A DNA stretch of 64,000 nucleotides, taken from Malacoraja senta (Eukaryota). The notes under the pieces are model-generated. The model saw only the letters and a list, made by a program, of their open reading frames with translations, was not told the origin of the DNA and searched no databases. The stretch covers positions 2,854,001-2,918,000 of the forward strand of contig CM075995.1 in the NCBI GenBank assembly GCA_038087875.1, read 5' to 3'. This document shows, piece after piece, positions 49,619-62,930 of the stretch (the first letter of the stretch is position 1; each line of letters starts with the position of its first letter). Position numbers and translations under genes: made by a program.

Positions 49619-50684
49619 TGCGCTGTATCTCGAAGCTAAACAACTAAACTAAACTAAACTGAGGCAGGGGCCATCGCAACATTGAAGAGGCAATTAGACA
49701 AGTACATGGATAGGATGGCTTTAGAGCGATCTGTGCCAAATGCAGGTTAGTGTAGCTGGGGCATGTTGGTCGGTGTTGGCAAGTTGGGCTGATGAGCCTG
49801 TTTTCACATTTGATTTTATAAATCTGAACTATAACACCAATAATCATTTGCAGATGTATTGTAGAAAGTATCCTGACTGGCTGCATCATAGCCTGGAGTG
49901 GAGTGTGCAATTCCAGTGCAGAGGATGCAGAGAGGCTGCATGGGAACAGCCCTCCTCACCATTAAAGAGCAGCGACATGGGGCACTGGCCCAGGAAGGAA
50001 ATGTACCGATGGTCATCGAGATTGTACAAGACCACTATAGTAATTGAGACACAAGGAACTGCAGATGCTGGTTTACGTAAAGGACGCAAATTACTGGAGT
50101 AACTCAGTGGCTCAGACAGCATCTATTCTCTGGAGAACACGGATAGGTGATGTTTCGTGTCAGGACCCTCCTTCAGTCTGAAATGTCACATCTCCATGTT
50201 CTCCAGAGATGCTGCCTGATTCTCCCCGAGTGTCAGTCTGAAGGTGTGTCTCGACCCGAAACATCACCTGTTCCTTTTCTCCAGAGATGCTGTCTGACCC
50301 GCTGAGTTACTCCAGATTGTTGTGTCCATCTTCGGTTTAAAGCAGCATCTGTCCCATCCTAAACATGCTGCCTAAGCCACTGAGTTACTCCAGTACTTTG
50401 TGTCTTTTTTCCCCCAACTGTGGTAGTGATCAGTTGGTAATGAATGGTTAATCAAATTGAATGATGTTCTTTGAAGGATAAACATTGATTAGGACGGTCG
50501 GTCGGTTTAACACCTCAATTATTCTTTAGAACAGTGGCATGGGAATGATTGAATCTACTCAAGAGGTAAAGTGCTTCAACAGCATCCTTCAGAGGGGGAA
50601 AAGCTGTGGTTGTTACCTGCTTTAGCCTGCACGTCACACGGGTATACCTTCAACAGCAATTCCCAGCTGTTATCAGGCAACTGA

Positions 50685-51535
50685 ATCACCCTAAATTCCT
50701 AGGAGTCAATTTCACCAACAACTTCTCCTGGACCACCCATATTGAAGCAATGAATACGAAAGTCCACCAACGCCCACCATACTTCCTTAGAAGGCTTAGG
50801 AAGCTCAGCATGTCCCCAACAACTCTCACGAACATCTACAGATGTGCCACCGAAAGTATTTTATCAGGATGCATCACAGCTTGGGAACAGCTCCATCCAT
50901 GACAGCAAGAAATTGCAGCAAATTGTGGACGCAGCCCACACACAAACCAACCTCCCTTCCGCTGACTCCATTTATACCTCACGCTGCCTCGGCAAGGCCA
51001 GCAGCAGGGTGCGACTCAAGGACGAGTCGCACCCTGGCCGCTCCCTCTTCTCCCCTCTCCCATCAGACAAAAGGTATAGAAGTGTGAAAAAAGTGCTTCC
51101 ACCAGATTCAGGGACTGTTTCTTCCCTGCCGTTACCAGGCAACTGAATCATGCTACCACAACCAGAGATCAGTGCTGAATTACTGTCTACCTCTTTGATG
51201 ACCCTCGGACTATTCTTGATCGGACTTTACGTCATCTGGACTGCGTCAAGCTGTGCTGCTTCACCTACTGAAGATGGAAGCGAATTCCTCTCCCTTTAGT
51301 TTAGTTTAGTTTATTATTGTCACGTGTACCGAGGTACAGTGAAAAACCTTTTGTTGCTTGCTATCCAGTCGGAGAAAAAAAACGTTATTCCCTTACCTTG
51401 TATCTGTACACTGCAAATGGCTCGATCGTGATCATGTATTGTCTCTCCGCTGACTGCAGAGCACGCAACAAAAGCTTTTCACTGTACCTTGCTACATGTG
51501 ACAATAAACTAAACTGTAAACTGTAACTGTAACAA
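50685..51535 (+). mobile_element. Rex1/Babar 3' fragment
   Basis: KFLGVNFTNNFSWTTHI..YFLRRLRK..IYRCATESILSGCITAW; GTGACAATAAA tail. Confidence 0.85.
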
Positions 51536-51631
51536 TTCCTGGCCTGTATCCATGCTGTATCTCTAAACTAAACTAAAACTAAATATGAATATCTGCAACC
51601 CTCCAGTCCAAGCGTTATCACTGTCATGAAC

Positions 51632-52210
51632 AGTGAGACCACACCTGGAGTAATGTGTGCAGTTTTCGTCTCCTAATTTCTCCTAAGAAGGACATTCTTG
51701 CTACTGAGGGAGTGCAGCGTAGGTTCACCAGGTTAATTCCCAGGATAGCGGGACTGACATATGATGAAAGAATGGGTCAACAGGGCTCGTATTCAGAGGA
51801 ATTTAGAAGGATGAGAGGATATCTTATCTAGAAATATAAAATTCTTAAGGGATTGGAAAGGCTAGATGCAGGAAAAATGTTCCCCATGTTGGGGGAGTCC
51901 AGAACCAGGGGGTCACAGTTTAATAATAAGGGCTAGGCCATTTAGGACTGAGTTGAGGAAAAAACTTTTTCACCAGAGAGTTGTGAAACTATGGAATTCT
52001 CTTCCACAGAAGGCACTGGAGGCCAATTCACTGGATGTTTTCAAAGGAGAGTTAGATTTAGCTCCTAGGGCTAATGGAATCAAGGGATATGGGGAAAAAG
52101 CAGGAATGGGGTACTGATTTGGGATGATAAGCCATGATCATATTGAATGGTGGTGCTAGCTCAAAGGGCCAAATGGCCTACTCCTGCACCTATTTTTCTA
52201 TGTTTCTATG
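51632..52210 (+). mobile_element. CR1 3' fragment
   Basis: RPHLE..., QRVVKLWNSLPQKA, (TTTCTATG)n tail. Confidence 0.85.
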
Positions 52211-53024
52211 AACAATTCACTGAGGCGATGAAATGTGATCTGGATATGAATGGGATAACCATCTCCTTGATAATGCATGCACTCACCAAAGACCTGTGGG
52301 GAGACATTATTCAATTATATTTCCAAAACAATCAGGTCAACGTGATCTTTGGCATCTGATTAGGCTTTTGTGACATCCTTGCTCTCGCACTGATTGCACT
52401 TTTCTTCAGAACAGGGTGATTGGTTATGCTTGCTCACTTAACATTCTGTTTGAAGCGATTGAAATGTAATCTACAGTCGTTTTTAATTCCATGGCATTGG
52501 CTGCAAATTGAGAGGTCAGAAGCATTTTCCCCGCAGATAAGGAAAAAAATGTGAAGGATATCTTATCAAAATCAACATTCTGAACAATATCTAAGACGTC
52601 ATCATCTGAACTTCTGATGGCTTTCTGATCAATAACCATGGTTTCTGGATTAGGCTGCCATGCCCATACATTTGGAATACAAAGATCACACGTTGACTTC
52701 CATTGTGTCGTGTTATTTAGTTCAGTTTAGTTTAGTTTCTGTTTGGAGATACGGCGCAGAAACAGGCCCTTTGGCCCAAACCGACCAGCGATCCCCTACA
52801 CTACCACTATCCCACACACGCTAGGGACAAAATACAATTAAAAAAAACCCGAATCCAATTAACCGACAAACCTGTACGCTTTTGGAGTGTGGGAGGAAAC
52901 TGGAGCACCCGTAGAACACGTACGCGGTCACAGGAAGAACGTACAGACTCGTGCAGACAGCACCCATAGTCTGGATCGAGCCCGGGTCTCTGGCGCTGTG
53001 AGGCAGCAACTCTACCGCAATGTA

Positions 53025-53790
53025 TCACAACTCTCTGTGTGAAAATTTTTTACCTCATCTCCGTTCTAAATGGCTTACCACTTATTCTTAAACTATGGCC
53101 CCTGGTTCTGGACTTCCCCAACATTGGAAACATGTTTCCTGCCTCTAGTGTGTCCAAACCCTTAATAATCTTACATGTTTCAATAAGATCCCCTCTCGTC
53201 CTTCTAAATTCCAGAGTATACAAGCCCAGCCGCTCCAACCTATCAACATATGACAGTCCCGCCATCTGGGGAATTAACCTCTTGAGACTATGCTGCACTC
53301 CCTCAATAGCAAGAATGTCTTTCCTCAAGTTTGGAGACCAAAACTGCACACAGTACTCCAGGTGTGGTCTCACCAGGGCTCTGTACAACTGCAGAAGGAC
53401 CTCGTTGCTCCTACTGTATACGCAACTCCTCTCTTTATGAAGGCCAACATGCCATTCGCTTTCTTCACTGCCTGCTGTACCTGCATGCTTACTTTCAGTG
53501 ACTGATGAACAAGGACCCCCAGATCCCATTCTACTTCCCCTTTTCCCAACTTAATTCCATTTAGATAATAATCTGCTTTCCTGTTTTGCTACCAAAGTGG
53601 ATATCCTCACATTTATCCACATTAAACTGCATATGCCATGCATCTGCCCACTCACCCAACCTGTCCAAGTCACCCTGCATCCACATAGCATCCTCCTCAC
53701 AGTTCACACTGCCACCCAGCTTTATGTCATCTGCAAATTTGCTACTGTTACTTTTAATCCCTTCATCCAAATCATTAATATATATTGTAA
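53025..53790 (-). mobile_element. CR1 RT C-terminal fragment
   Basis: SKFADDIKLGG, QFNVDKC, LVRPHLEYCVQFWSP. Confidence 0.88.
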
Positions 53791-53805
53791 GGAGCTAACT
53801 ATTCA

Positions 53806-54137
53806 GGGTGGCCACGGTGGCACAGCGGTAGAGTTGCTGCCTTACAGCACTTGCAGCAGTGGATACCCGGGTTCGATCCTGACTACGGGTGCTGTCTGTA
53901 CGGAGTTTGTACGTTCTCCCCGTGACCTGCGTCAGTTTTTGCCGAGATCTTCGACTTCCTCCCACACCCCAAGACGTACAGGTTTGTAGGTTAATTGGCT
54001 TGATGTATGTGTAAATTGTCCCTAGTGTGTGTAGGATAGTGTTATTGTGCAGGGATCATTGGTCAGTCCGGACTCGGTGGGCCAAAGGGCCTGTGTCCGC
54101 ACTGTATCTCTAAACTAAACTAAGCTAAACTAAACTA
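53806..54137 (+). mobile_element. V-SINE
   Basis: tRNA head, V-domain, (CTAAA)n. Confidence 0.88.
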
Positions 54138-54520
54138 TTCCTTTAATGTTGTCTAGGGAAACGTCTATCCTTAACTTTTCTCCTCATTATACGAGTCAAA
54201 CGCCGCCAAAACAAATACTTCAGCATTCAGAGCTAGGCAATAAATGCCAGTGGTGCCTACATTCTGGGAATGAATAAAAAAATAAAAGTAGACAAAAAAA
54301 TTAATCAAGGAACTAAAATATCTGCATCATTACTTTTTACTAACCATTATCTCTACCCCACCCTATCTTCCTTGAGTCTGTTACTCAAAGTAGAACATTT
54401 ACTTTTCCTTGTAGTATATTTGGATGTTGGTCCTTTGGGTTACAATTACTGAATTATTGCTTCCCATAGTGATCCTGAATGGGTTGGAAAAATTAGTTGG
54501 TATCAAATTATATTAACATA

Positions 54521-55965
54521 CTAAACTAAGCGGGACCCGTTGGGTCCCAGCATCACACGGGAGGGCTAGTCCCTCAACGCAATATTCCACCTCTCCAATA
54601 ATTCCAATATTAGTGGCCAGTGGGGGGAGGGGGGGTGGGGGTTGGGGCTTTCTGGAGTGCTAGTATGGGTGCTGTGGGCTGAAGGGACTGGTTTCCAGAG
54701 AGCTAGTATGGACATTGTGGGCCGAATGGATTCTTGGGCTGGCGGCTCAGTCACTCAAGCCTGTTGTGCTGGCAGCTCACTCACTCACAGCTGGTGGGCT
54801 GGCAGTTGACTCACGGCTATTCCATGAAATTCCATTTCAAGCAGGGTGCAAGGCCACCAAATTCAAGTGCAGTTTCTTACCACTTCAAGCAGGGTGCAAG
54901 GCCATCAAATTCAAGTGCAGTTTCATACCACTTCATGCAGGTTGCAAGGCGACCAAATTCAAGTGCAGTTTCATACTATTTCAAGCAGGGTGCAAGGCCA
55001 CTAAAGACAGCGAGTCATGACCTCTCCCTCCTTGCAGAGACTGAGCCATGCTCATACTTCTGGGTTTTATGGTCCCTCCCCCCTCCCACTAGAAGAGGCG
55101 TGGCCTTCATGGCGTGATTGACAGGAGAGAGAATCTCAACATTTTTAAAACACTAATAACTATTTTATTTTTCATCGATGGGAAAATTCCTCGGCACCTG
55201 ATGAGCGGAGGGGGACTCTGAGTAAGATGCCCAAAAATCACAGCCGTACATGTTAGCGTTTTTTCTAAAATCAATATAAAGCACAAACAGGAAGTGGTCA
55301 ACATTAGACTTTTAATTATATAGAAGGCAAGGCAACTTTAATTAGGCAAGGCAACTTTAATTGGGCAAGGCAACTTTAATTGGGCAAGGCAACTTTAATT
55401 GGGCAAGGCAACTTTAATTAGCAAGGCAACTTTAATTAGGCAACACAGCTTTAGCATTTCCAAACCAAAGGCAACACAGCTTTAGTATTTCCAAACCAAA
55501 GTCAACACAGCTTTAGCATTTCCAAACCAAAGGCAACACAGCTTTAGCATTTCCAAACCAAAGGCAACACAGCTTTAGCATTTCAAACCACATTAATGGC
55601 ACTGACAGGTCTGTAAAACCACTCACAATTTAGTAGACATGTGTTCAGTGTTATTCACAGCTCAGACTGAGAGACGTGATCCTCTCGTTCCCCCATCTTG
55701 CAGAGACTGACTGAGGAACTCAACAGTTCCGGGTTTTATAGTACATCCGGAAGGGGCGTGGCCTTCAGGAGAGAGAATCTCAACATTTTTTAAACACTAA
55801 TAACTCTTTTATTTTTCATCGATGGGAAAAATCTTCTTGTCCTGCGCAGCGGAGGGGGACTGAATAAGATGGCCAAAAATCACAGCCATAAGTGGCAGCG
55901 TTTTTTCTAAAATAAATATACAGAACAAATGGAAGTGGTCAAGATCAGAATTTTAGTAATATAGA
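54521..55965 (-). mobile_element. Complete non-autonomous Helitron with a duplicated 5' module and internal minisatellites
   Basis: Minus strand A|TCTATATTACTAAAA ... GGGACCCAACGGGTCCC-GCTTAGTTTAG|T, with A/T flanks and no TSD; second 5' end at 55324; 18-19-bp and 31-bp repeats at 55325-55590. Confidence 0.85.
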
Positions 55966-55967
55966 TA

Positions 55968-56278
55968 GAGTGGCACGGTGGCGTAGCGGTAGAGCTACTG
56001 CCTTACAGCACCAGAGACCCGGATTCGATCCTGACTATGGGTGTTTGTCTGTACACAGTTTGTACGTTCTTCCCATGATCTGCGTGGGTTTTCTCCGAGA
56101 TCTTCGGTTTCCTCCCACACTCCAATGAGGTACTGGTTTGTAGGTTAATTGGCTTGGTTTAAATGTAAATTGTGTGTGTAGGGTAGTGCTAGTGTGCGCG
56201 GATGACTGGTCGCCGCGGACTCGGCTGGCCGAAGGGCATGTTTCCTTACTGCATCTCTACACGAAACTAAACTGAAAT
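55968..56278 (+). mobile_element. V-SINE
   Basis: tRNA head, V-domain, tail. Confidence 0.85.
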
Positions 56279-56724
56279 TTAAACATGACTTTTGAAATTA
56301 CCACAGATGTTTGATCCTCTGCACTTAACGCATCTCCGTTGGGGGGGTATTGACAGGAACAAATCCATTGACTTGTTGGCAGGCGGGAGAGGGAGGGGTG
56401 GGGGAACGAGGGAGGATTGGGGGATGTGCTGGGAATAAGGCAGCGGGGGGGGGGGGGGAGTGGGGAGAGAAAGATTCAATAGAAACCTGAGGGGTAGTGT
56501 TTTAACATAACGTTTGGTGGGCATTATGGAACGAACTGCCGGATGAGGTAGTTGAGAGTTACTGTCATAGTATTTAAAAGACGTTTGGTCACGTACATGG
56601 ATAGGATAGGTTTAGAGGTGATGTTCCAAACATGGGCAACCTGCATGGGGAAGATGGGCCGAAGGGCCTGTTTCAATGCTGTATGGAATGCTGTATGGTG
56701 TTGTTGTAGTTTGACTTCATCTAC

Positions 56725-57112
56725 CATAGAAACATAGAAACATAGAAAATAGTAGCAGGAGTGGCCATTTGGCCCTTCGAGCCATTCAATATGATCATGG
56801 CTGATCATCCAAAATCAGTACCCCGTTCCTGCTTTTTCCCCATATCCCTTGATTCCTTTAGCCTTAAGAGCTGAATCTAACTCTCTCTTGAAAACATCCA
56901 GTGAATTGGCCTCCACTGCCTTCGGTGGCAGAGAATTCCACAGATTCACAACTCTCTGGGTGAAAAATGGCCTACCCTTTATTCTTAAACTGTGACCCAT
57001 GGTTCTGGCCTCCCCCAACATGGGAACATTTTTCCTGCATCTAGCCTGTCCAATCCTTCAAGAATTGTATGTGTTTCTATAAGATCCCCTCTCATTCTGC
57101 TAAATTCCAGTG
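56725..57112 (-). mobile_element. CR1 3' fragment
   Basis: (CATAGAAA)n tail; FFTQRVVNLWNSLPPKAVEA. Confidence 0.85.
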
Positions 57113-57787
57113 ATCCGAAGATCAGTAGGGACTGCCACTTTAAACCAGTCTGTGTTTTTGACTAGGTATGCGAGCAAGAACCTCTTTATTACATTACTCC
57201 AACAGTTATCCACCACAGTTGTGCGTTGTTCTTTGGGCCAGATTCCATCTGCCTTGCATCCAGGGGATGTAAAATATATTCCGTTGATCCTGTTTGGAAA
57301 CCTGGACTGTGAATGTGTGAGAGGGAAGCATTTAGCATGATGGATCTCTGCCTAGTGCCAACTGGCGTATGTCCAATTCAACCACTCCTCCTCCGTCTTC
57401 ACATGTACTTGAGGAACTGACTGTTCTTCCTCTTCTAATTATTTCCTTAATAACATGCCAATTGTTACATGATTCAAGTAAGATAATGGCTTAAGTGGGA
57501 AGTTTTCTCAGATGTGCCTGGTCTATCTGCGGACTTTTGTGTGGGAAGGCTATAGATGTGGAGTTTTTCGTTTGCGAGCCGTATAAGGCCTCCAGACATG
57601 ATTAAGTCTTCGTGTGGCATTATGTGAACCATAGTATCCAAGTAAGTTTGGTCTTTCACTGGTTCTCAAAAGTTTAAAATCCGCCCCCCCCCCTTCAGTT
57701 ACTCAAACAGCGTCTGAATGGGGAAGAAACTATTTACTGTCTGGGGCCCCACCGTCACGGCTACTGGTGTTGTGTATTCTCCACTGT

Positions 57788-58370
57788 GCGGCACAGTGGA
57801 GTTTTGCCTTACAGTGCCAGAGATCCAGGTTCAATCCTGACTACGGGTGCTGTCGGTACAGAGTTTGTACGCTCTCCCTGTGACCGCGTGTGTTTTCTCC
57901 GGGTGCTCTGGTTTCCTCCCACTCTCCGGGAGCTTCGGTAAGATTGTAAATTGACCCTAGTGTGTAGGATAGTGCTAGTGTGCGGGGATCTCTGGTCACC
58001 GCTGACTCGGTGTATCTAACATAGTTTAGTTTAGTTTAGTTTCGAGATACAGCGTGGAAACAGGCCCTTCGGCCCACCGAGTCCATACCGACCAGCGATC
58101 CCCGCACATTAACACTTTCCTACACAAACTATGGACAATTTACACTTATACTAAGCCAATTAACCTACAAACCTGTACGCCTTTGGAGTGTGGGAGGAAA
58201 CTGAAGATCTCGGAGGAAACCCACACGGTCACGGGGAGAACGTACAAACTCCGTACAGAGAGCACCCGTAGTTGACATCGAACCCGGGTCTCTGGCGCTG
58301 TAAGGCAGCAACTTTACCCTTGCGCCACCATGTCGCCGTGCTGTTTCCGTGCTATATCTCTAAAGTCTAA
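57788..58370. mobile_element. V-SINE (+) interrupted near its tail by an opposite-strand V-SINE (58023-58340)
   Basis: Two SINE bodies in opposite orientation; the first tail resumes at ~58341. Confidence 0.8.
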
Positions 58371-58604
58371 AGTCCAGGTTCATCTCACATCCTCCAAAAA
58401 TAAAAATGAAACTCTAAGACACTGTTGTGAGAAACATTGTTCTGGAATCAAAATCAATTAAAAAAAATATGTACACATAAAATTATCAGTTATAAAAATA
58501 TTGAAGGGGGGGGGGTACCAAGAGATCAATTTGACTGGGACTTGCTACAGTCTCCATTAATATGTCCAGCAAATAATTTGTTACATAAAAACAGAAAATG
58601 CGTT

Positions 58605-59465
58605 CAGTTATTTTATTGTCACGTGTACCAAGGTACATTGAAAAGCTTTTGTTGCGTGCTAACCAGTCAGCGGAAAGACAATACATGATTACAATCGATC
58701 CATTCATGATAGGGGAATAATGTTTTGTGCAAGGTAAAGCTAGTATAGTCCGATCAAAGATAGTCTGAGGGTCTCCAATGAGGTAGATAGTAGTTGAGCA
58801 CTGCTCTCTGGTTGCAGTAGGATGGTTCCGTTGCCTGATAACAGCTGCGAAGTATCTGTCCCCGAATCTGGTGAGCGTTTTCAACACTTCTATATCTTTT
58901 GCCCGATGGGAGAGGGGAGAAGAGGGAGTGGCCAGGGTGCAAGTCATCCTTGGTTATGCTGCTGACCTTGCAGAGGCAGCGTGAGGAATAAATGGAGTCA
59001 ATGGAAGGGAGGTTGGTTTGTGTGATGGTCTGGGTTGCGTCCACAATTCTCTGCAATTTCCTTCGGTCCTGGATGGAACTGTTCCCAAACCGTGCTGTGA
59101 TGCATCCCGTTAAATGCTCTCTGCGGCGCATCTGTAGAAGTTGGTGAGAGTTGTAGGGGACATGCCGAGCTTCCTAAGCCTTCTAAGGAAGTAGAGGTGT
59201 TAGTGTGCTTTCTTGGCCAATGTTTCAATGTTGTTGGTGACATTGACTCCTACGAATTTGTAGCTTTCAACTTCTCCTTCGGTGCGGTCAATGCAAACTG
59301 AGATATGTGTACCGCTTCGGTTCCTGAAGTCGATCAGTTGTCTTGCTCACATTGAGAGAAAGGTTGTTGTCTCGACACCAGGATTTTCCATCTCCTTCCT
59401 GTAGTCCGTCTCATCATTATTTGATATTCGGCCCACAATGGTGGTGTAGTCTGTGAATTTGTAAA
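58605..59465 (-). mobile_element. Rex1/Babar 3' fragment
   Basis: LTGCITARFGNSSIQDRRKLQRIVD..HPGHSLFSPLPSGKRYRS. Confidence 0.85.
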
Positions 59466-59739
59466 TTGAATTAGTTTTGTACTAACAGAGTCTAGACATT
59501 GAATCAGGGCATTCTTAGTTTGTCCTTGGGTTGTTTGCCACAAAATATGTATGTGTCTTTTCTCCTGTAAGACATATATATAGGAATAGGATTAGGCCAT
59601 TCAGCCACGCTCATCTATTTTTCCCTCTCGACCCCATTTTCCGCCTTCTCCCTGTGACCTTTAACCTCCATACACTTGAGCTTGTCCTTGAACACTTTTA
59701 CTGGGAAAGAAGCCTGTTGCTGACGTGTGACTCATTAAA

Positions 59740-60055
59740 GGGTAGCACGGTGGCGCAGTGGTAGACGTGCTGCCTTACAGCGCCAGAGACCCGAGTTCCA
59801 TACTGAATATGGGGTGCTGTCAGTACGGAGATTGGACGTACTGTCCGCGACTGTGTGCGTTTTCCCCGGGTGCTCCGGTTTCCTCCCACACTCCAAAGAC
59901 GTAAAGGTTTGTAGGTTAATTTGCCTTCTGTAAATTGTAAATTGTCCCTAGTGCGTGTAGGATAGCTTTAGCGTGCAGGGATCGCTGGTCGTTGGAGACT
60001 CGGTGGACTGACGGCCCTGTTTCTGCGCTGTATCTCTAAACTAAACAAAAACCAA
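59740..60055 (+). mobile_element. V-SINE
   Basis: tRNA head, V-domain, tail. Confidence 0.82.
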
Positions 60056-60304
60056 AGGAATTTCACGATGAATTCGTAGGCGATTGACTCAAAACAGCAC
60101 GTCTGGCTGCCAAACTGTTTGCATTTTCAGGACATGACATTTAAAATCTGCGTGTCCTTTTAAATTCATTGTCAGCTCGTAAAAAACCACTGTGAAAATA
60201 CAGACAGTTCTCGCTCGCATGGACAACCCAGTCTGAGGTGACAGCAGACAGAATGAAACTACAGGGGAGACTGGCAGCGAACAAGCTTGACCTATCCATC
60301 ACCC

Positions 60305-60660
60305 CGAATGATGGATATGGAGAGGATGCTGCCGCTAGTGGGAGAGTCTTGGACCAGAGGTCATAGCCTCAGAATTAAAGGACGTTCTTTTAGCAAGGAG
60401 ATGAGGAGGAATTTCCATGGTCAGAGGGTGGTGAATCTGTGGAATTCATTGTCACAGAAGGCTGTAGAGGCCAAGTCAGTGGATAGTTTTAAGGCAGGAA
60501 TAGATAGGTTTTTGATTGGTATAGGTGTCAGAGGTTATGGGGAGAAGGCAGGAGAATGGGGTAAGGAGGGAGAGATAGATCAGCCATGATTGAATGGCAG
60601 AGTAGACTTGATGGGCCGAATGGCCTAATTCTACTCCTATTCCTTATGACCTTATGATCA
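60305..60660 (+). mobile_element. CR1 3' fragment
   Basis: PLVGESWTRGHSLRIKG..QRVVNLWNSL. Confidence 0.85.
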
Positions 60661-60732
60661 CAGTACCAGGTTGCAGGTGGGCAGATTTAATTGTCTGAGC
60701 CCCGAGGTACATTAGAGAAGGTAATGAACATA

Positions 60733-61165
60733 AGGGCAGCATGGTGGCGCAGCGGTAGAGTTGCTGCCTTACAGCGCTTGCAGCACCCGGAGACCCGGGT
60801 TCGATCCCGACTGCGGGTGCTGTCTGCACGGAGTTTGTACGTTCTCCCCGTGACCTGCGTGGGTTTTCTCAGCGATCTTCCGTTTCCTCCCACACCCCAA
60901 AGACCTGGCAGTCTGAAGAAGGGTCCTGACCAGAAACGTCACCCATTCCTTCTCTCCAGATATTCTGCCTGTTCCGCTGAGTTACTCCAGCTTTTTGTCT
61001 TTATCTTAGGTTAATTGTAGGTTAATTGGCTTGGGTTTGTATACTTGGTATAAGTGCAAATTGTCCCGAGTGTGTGTAGGATTGTGTTAATGTGCGGGGA
61101 TCGCTGGTCGGTGCGGACTCAGTGGGCCGAAGGACCTGTTTCCGTTCTGTATCACAAAACGAAAA
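60733..61165 (+). mobile_element. V-SINE containing an inserted hammerhead-bearing Penelope-derived unit (~60905-61012)
   Basis: SINE body split after CCAAAGAC; CTGAAGAAGGGTCCTGACCAGAAACGTC at 60913. Confidence 0.78.
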
Positions 61166-62174
61166 AAAATAAGGCCATGTGTAGGCGTACATAGTTGCTA
61201 GCATTAGGTGGGGCAGGCACATGTATCATTAATGTTACCGAGGTTTCTTGTGTTTGTGCAAATCCATGCAAACCTCATTAGATTTTTAGGGACCGATTTA
61301 CAGAGTTGGCGGCCAACCTGATTCACATCAATCTGCGAGGGAAATTCATATTGTGGTGGTTGGGGCATCTTAGTTTAATCTAGTTTAGATTTAGTTTAAG
61401 AATACAGTGCTGAAACAGGCCCTTCGGCCCACCAAGTCCCCACCGACCAGCAATCCCTGTAGACCAACACTCTCCAACACACACTAGGGACAATTAACTA
61501 TTATACCAACTCTAATTAACCTACACACACTGGCGACACTTTACAATTACACCAAACCAATTAACCAACAAACCCTTACATCTTTGGGGAGTGTGGGAGG
61601 AAACTGGATCTCCTGGAGAAAACACACACAGGTCACGGGGAGAAAGTATAAGCAGGCAGCACCCGTAGTCAGGATCGAGCCTGGGTCTCTGGTGCTGCAA
61701 GGCTGCAACTCTACCGCTGTGCCACGCTGCCTCCGCTAAAATCCCATAACATCAAATAAAATACATCGTGGAGACATTTCTGGGTCACTCAGAATCACTA
61801 TGGAAATTCCATTCGGCACTTCCCAGCAGGAGTCCCACTGTCACATCTGATGTGCTTTTCACCCCAGTTCACAGAGTTCCCCATTGCAGTATTCCTTCTG
61901 GAGCGTTGCCAGGGATGTTGGACCTTGCTGCTCCTCCGTCCCAGCAGCCGCGTCTTCTTCCGTGCACCAGTGTGTGAGCTGGAATGCGTAGCGGCAATTC
62001 GCAGGCACCCCACTGCCTCCTGTTGGAGGCCCACAGCTAATGACAGCTACTGTATTGAGCAGGAAGGAACTACAGTTTTTACCGAAGACAGACATCAACG
62101 GGTCAGGCAGAACTGGAATAGGTGGCGTTTCGGGTCAGAAACCTTCTTCAGACTGAAAGACAGAGAAGGCCAGC

Positions 62175-62445
62175 GGGTGGCACGGTGGCGCAGCGGTAGA
62201 GTTGCCGCCTTACAGTGCCAGATAACCGTGTTCAACCCTGACTACGGGTGCTGTCTGTACGGAGTTTGTACGTTCTCCCCGTGACCTGTGTGGGTTTCCT
62301 CTGACATCTTCGGTTTCCTCCCACACTCCAAAGACGTACAGATTTGTGGTTTACTCGGCACGGACTTAGTCAGGCCGAAGCGCTTGTTTCTGTGCTGTAT
62401 CTCTAAACGAAACGAAACGAAATTAAACTAAACAAAACAGAACAA
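62175..62445 (+). mobile_element. V-SINE
   Basis: tRNA head, V-domain, tail. Confidence 0.82.
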
Positions 62446-62469
62446 AACCAGGATTTGGTCTATGCGATC

Positions 62470-62930
62470 TCGAAGGTTGCCAAGCATTTTAACTCCCCTT
62501 CCCATTCCCACGCTGTCCCAGGCCTCCCCCACTGGTAGAGTGAGGCCACATGCAAATTGGAGGAACTGCACCTCGTATTTCTCTTGCGCAGCTTACAACG
62601 CAGTGGTATGAACAATGATTTCACATAACTCCTGCATACCCTTCCCCCCCCACGTCCCCCACCCCCGCTCCTCACCTCCCCCACCCTAGTCATGCTACTA
62701 GTTCCACTGTTTGCATCCTTGTGTCATTCTCTTTAGCACATATTCCCCAGTCAACAATGGACCATTGTGGACTCCACCCTTCCTGAGGTCATCTGTTGCC
62801 GACCCTGTTTTGGTCTGGCCTTCTCTATCTTTCGGCCTGAAGAAGGGTTCCGAGCCGAAACATCACCTCTTCCTCTTCTCCAGAGATGCTGACTGACCCG
62901 TTGAGATATTCCAGCATTTTGTGTCTATTT
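62470..62930 (+). mobile_element. Decayed Penelope 3' fragment
   Basis: Homologous to 45660-46050; CTGAAGAAGGGTTCCGAGCCGAAAC at ~62837. Confidence 0.7.

Noticed and set aside
57113..57690. Unique segment possibly coding on the minus strand
   Set aside because: Only short frames with stops and no motif I can assign.
61850..62090. Possible exon after TGTGCTTTTCACCCCAG
   Set aside because: No recognisable homology; the open frame runs into repeats.
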